A stretch of DNA of 64,000 bases from the human T2T-CHM13v2.0 reference genome, Homo sapiens: the NCBI RefSeq assembly GCF_009914755.1, contig NC_060929.1; one strand, 5' to 3'. The notes beneath the pieces were generated by a model. That model searched no databases. It saw nothing but the letters and a program-made list of their open reading frames with translations, and had not been told where the DNA came from. Below, one piece after another: positions 60,069-64,000 of the stretch. The stretch's first letter is position 1. The number at the start of each line of letters is the position of its first letter. Made by a program: the position numbers and the translations under genes.

Positions 60069-60629
60069 TGGTTTTTGAATATGTACATTTTCCATTTTAT
60101 TGGATATGCCGAATTGCTCTCCTAAATGGTTGGTTCAGTCTACACCCCATGGGCAGTGGGCAGGAGAGACCGTTTCCCTATAACGTGTCATGCATAGAGT
60201 CTGTGCACTTTGCCAGCATGCGGGCCAGATCTGTGATTCTCCAACATAGTGCAAGAGCTTACAAGGCTACAGGAGAAGTGAAATGCACCCTCCAAGAGGC
60301 TTCGTTTTACTCATCTTTATGGAGGCAAAAACCCATTTCTAAAAATTGAAACAAACATGGAGATAATGCATGACCGTGCAAAATTCATGTGACGTTTAAA
60401 GATAAACCATAAGATTTCAAAGAAACGTCTTGCTAGCAAGGCCAGCTACTTCAGACTTGACACTGTACACTCAGAACTTCTGCATTTGCTCATTTGTGTG
60501 CCCAGTGAATATTTAGAGATTGCCTCCGGCATACCATGCATGGTTCCTCGTATGGGGTCATAGCAGTAGATGTGAGAGTCAAGGACTCCGTCATATTGGA
60601 GTTAAACATATAGGGGGAGGAAAGAGATT

Positions 60630-60985
60630 CTAAACATTAATAATTTCCGAAAGTAATAAATGCCATGAAGAAAATAAAACAGGGTGATATGATAGAGAGC
60701 CACCAGGGCTGGCGGCTGTGACCTTAGTCTGGGAGGTCAGGGAAGGTGATTTGAGTAGGTGACATTTGAGTTGAGCCCTAAGTGACAAGAAGGAGACAGC
60801 AAACTTGAAGAGCTGAGCTTGGAAGTGTGTATCAGCCTGAGGAAACACAATGCAAAGGCCCTGGGGTAGGAACAAGCTTGGTGCTGCCTAGCAACAGTGG
60901 GGAGGCCAGTGAGGCGGAAGCCCAGGGAGCCCAGGAGAGAAAGGCAGGAGAGGAAGACATAAAGGGTGGCAGAGGCCAGATGGCT
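60630..60985 (-). mobile_element. L2 remnant
   Basis: GAAGAAAATAAAACAGGG...GGTGACATTTGAGTTGAGCCC...TGCAAAGGCCCTGGGGTAGGAAC. Confidence 0.75.
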
Positions 60986-63411
60986 ATTGAGCACTCACTT
61001 GTGCCAAGCACTGTGTTAGCTACCTTCACAGTCTTCTGCCCTTGGGGCAGAGAAGAAGTCAGTGCACCCTCTGCAGGTCTGCTATGAGCTGGTTAAAATG
61101 GATTTACATCACAAGCAGCAAGAACCAGGGGAGGGTTGGCAGTGCTCACACTGACAAAATGGTGGTGATCTCCTGCCAGCATTGACAGGGCAGAGGGTGG
61201 ACTTCAGGTCATGGTTTGGTCCATGGAACTGGAAAGAAAAGGGATGGGTTCAAAAGCAAGCAAGGGGGCTCCAGGAACAGCATCAAAGACCACTGGGAAG
61301 GGGCTGGCTGTGGGGACCCAATGCCAGGTGAACCTGGGAGTGAGGCCAAGCCACCCGGACTCCACCAGCCAAGCACACATGCCCGCACTTGACCATTTGG
61401 GGAACAGAAAGGAGAGCCCCCGGCCAGCATAGGCCACCCCCAGCAGCAGCACATCCCAGGCAAGCCCACACCCCCAGGTGCTGTCCAGGAGAGACCTGCC
61501 TTCCAAGACTCTGCTACCACAGCCCAGTGGCTCTGGGACCCTAGGCAAGTTGCCTCTTCTCCCAGCTTTGGTTTTCCTAGTATGCTAAGCCTCAGTAAGA
61601 AAACTGTCTCCAACCACAAAGGTATCCTACTGCAACTCTCCTAGAGGTCTCTGTTCAAATTTTGCCTGGGATCAGTCAGTAAGCCCTTCTTTCTGTCCAG
61701 CCATGTTCCCTCATGTGGGATCAGAAGCCCTGGGCTTGCATGCTGCCTTGGTTTCTCATTAGCTTTGATTGCCTTTCTTGGACCTCAGTATCCCCATCTA
61801 CCAACTAAGGAAACTTCCGACTCCCAGATCCCATCAGACAGGAGACCAGCTACCCTCCCAAGGAGATTCTGGAGAAGTGGGGACAAAGATGAGCTGATGA
61901 CAACCTCCTCCCCGTCCCCTCCCATCATGCACAGGGTGGAGTGGGGGGAACAGAGCCAGCAGATGAACATCCCAGAAGGTTATAAGCCAAATAAACAAGC
62001 AAAGAAAACACCACAAGCTTCGTATACCCAGCCCAGAACCATGCCAAAGGGCTCCTTTGAGGTTTGTATCGGGACTGCTGCTGCCAGGTAGGTCTTGCCC
62101 CTGCAAGACACGGCCTGGGAGGCCCCTCACCATTCCTGAGAGATAAGATCCCTTTCCTAATCGATTGCCTGAGTAAATGCACGCTAAGCAGCATGGGTGG
62201 GTGAACCAACACGAGCAGCGCTCACATTGATACACACGGTCTTAGGCAAACACTCAACTTGTTTGTTCAGGCTCAGACGCTGGCTGAGCACCTGCCATGT
62301 GCTGGGAGCTTTCACCTGCATTGTTTCATTTGATCCGCTCTGTGAAAGCTGGGGAGCAGCTTGGCAGCAGGAGATACTCCTGGTTTGTTCGTAAATTCCA
62401 ACCAGTGACCAGGCAGCAACATATGCGTTTCCTCATTCAAGTCTTCCAACAGCTCTTGGAGGTGAGGATTTCCATCCCCGCTGTACAGATGAGGACATGA
62501 TGTGCGGTGCTAAGCGCAATAGTGCATCCTCCTTTCATTTGCTCCCCTCAATGGCCCTGTAAAGTGGGTACTCTAATTACCCCTGTCGTACCAATAAGGT
62601 AATGAGGACTCAGAGTGACAATGACTTAGCCAGGGCCACCCAGCTAGCAGAAGCAAAAACAGGATTTGAACCCAGCTCTATGGACATCAGACTTGGTGGC
62701 TGACTACCCAACTGGGGCTGAGTTTGGGGAAGGAGCTGGCAAGAGCAGATTGGGAGAAATAAAGGGTGCAGAGCCCACTGAAGACACACCATTTCTCTTA
62801 AGACCTCTCTCTCTGCAGAGGAATAGGGGCATGTCGCTTGTGGCCCAGGGGCTTTGCAGGAAGTGAAATCCAGGGATGAGGCAGGCAGCCAGTCTCAGCC
62901 TAGTGGGCCCTGCTACGCTGATGGCAGCTGGTGGCTTTTCTCAGGCAGTACCTGGCTCCGGGAGGGCTTTAGGAGGACTCAGTACACAAGCTGTGGGCAA
63001 CTTCCCAGGGAACAAGGACAGCTCTGCCTGGATTGCCACTGTCATGCCCCCTGGAAAACAGGAGAGCATGGTGGTTCTATCTTTGGCTCGGAATAAGAGG
63101 GAATTGGATCTGAATCCCAGCTCTGCCACACCCTAGACAAAGACCTCTCTTCCTGTTTTCCCATCTGTAAAATGGGAACCCCTCTAAGGTTGGCAGGAAG
63201 ACTGAATGAGGACTGAATGAGGATGCTGGGGACTGCCACAGCCTCTGTCTGGCCTGGAAGACTTGCTCTCTCTGGGACCTCCTTTTCTCCTGTGGTCTGC
63301 CAGGGAACATTCAGAAATGGGGTGGGAAAACCCAGATTGCTGGCAAAGAAGGCCTGCCCCTCGCAGAGAAGGCAGCTCTCTCCTGCTGAGTGCTTGCGGA
63401 GAAGCACAAGT

Positions 63412-63853
63412 TTATGAGGGCTGCTGTAGCAACATGTGACACGCTGGGGGCCCTAAACTGCACAAGTGCATTGTCTCACTGCTCTGGAGGCCAGAAGTCC
63501 GGGATCGGGGTGCTGCCAGGATTGGTTCCTTCTGAGGCTGTGAGGCAGGACCTGTTCCCTGCCTCTCCCTGAGCTTCTGGCGGTTTGCAGGCACTTGGTG
63601 TTCCTTGGCTTGTGGGCATGTCACCCGATCTTGGCCTTTATCTTCACATCTCCCTGTGTCTGTCTCTCTGTGTCCGCATTTTGTGTTTTTATAAGGACAC
63701 CAGTCATATTGGAGTATAGCCCACCCTAAAGACCTCATTTTAATTTGATGGCCTCTGTGAAGAACCTATCTCCAAATAAGGTCCCATTTAGGGATACTGG
63801 GGGTTAGGACTCCAACGTGTAAATTTGGGGATGACACAGTTCAGTTCCTGACA
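63412..63853 (-). mobile_element. MLT1B/C-like MaLR LTR
   Basis: GAGGGCTGCTGTAGCAAC...TCTGGAGGCCAGAAGTCC...ATAAGGACACCAGTCATATTGG...TCTCCAAATAAGGTC. Confidence 0.85.
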
Positions 63854-64000
63854 GCTGGGGAGGGAAGGAAATGGCCTCTTCCATCTGCTGTCCTTGGGAA
63901 GCTGCAGCAAGGCCGGGCTCCCGTCTGTAGCACCATCGCCCAGAGGCACCCTCTCCCCATTAAGGGGAAGGTGAGGCACTCGGAGAGGTAGGAGGGGCTG

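Overview
Primate, almost certainly human, non-coding genomic DNA (intergenic or deep intronic), with roughly half or more derived from transposable elements. It carries about 17 Alus (J, S and one AluYd-type), a nested L1 cluster at 9.3-20 kb that includes a near-full-length ancient L1MC-type copy, many MaLR/ERVL/ERV1 solo LTRs (MLT1, MLT2A1, MER67-like), hAT DNA-transposon fossils (MER1, MER20, MER45, MER5A) and numerous MIR/L2 remnants. I find no credible protein-coding exon, RNA gene or CRISPR array: the ORF track is explained by Alu/L1 frames and chance. The features that repeat annotation does not explain are: a ~270-bp inverted duplication inserted into an LTR; two ~110-130-bp local direct duplications pasted into other repeats; a tail-less internal Alu fragment; a probable processed-pseudogene 3'UTR at 31.2-32.0 kb; and a compound 16-bp-core minisatellite. 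Together the insertions suggest repeated template-switch repair rather than a new gene system. Repeat subfamily names are recalled from consensus sequences and need RepeatMasker/Dfam confirmation.
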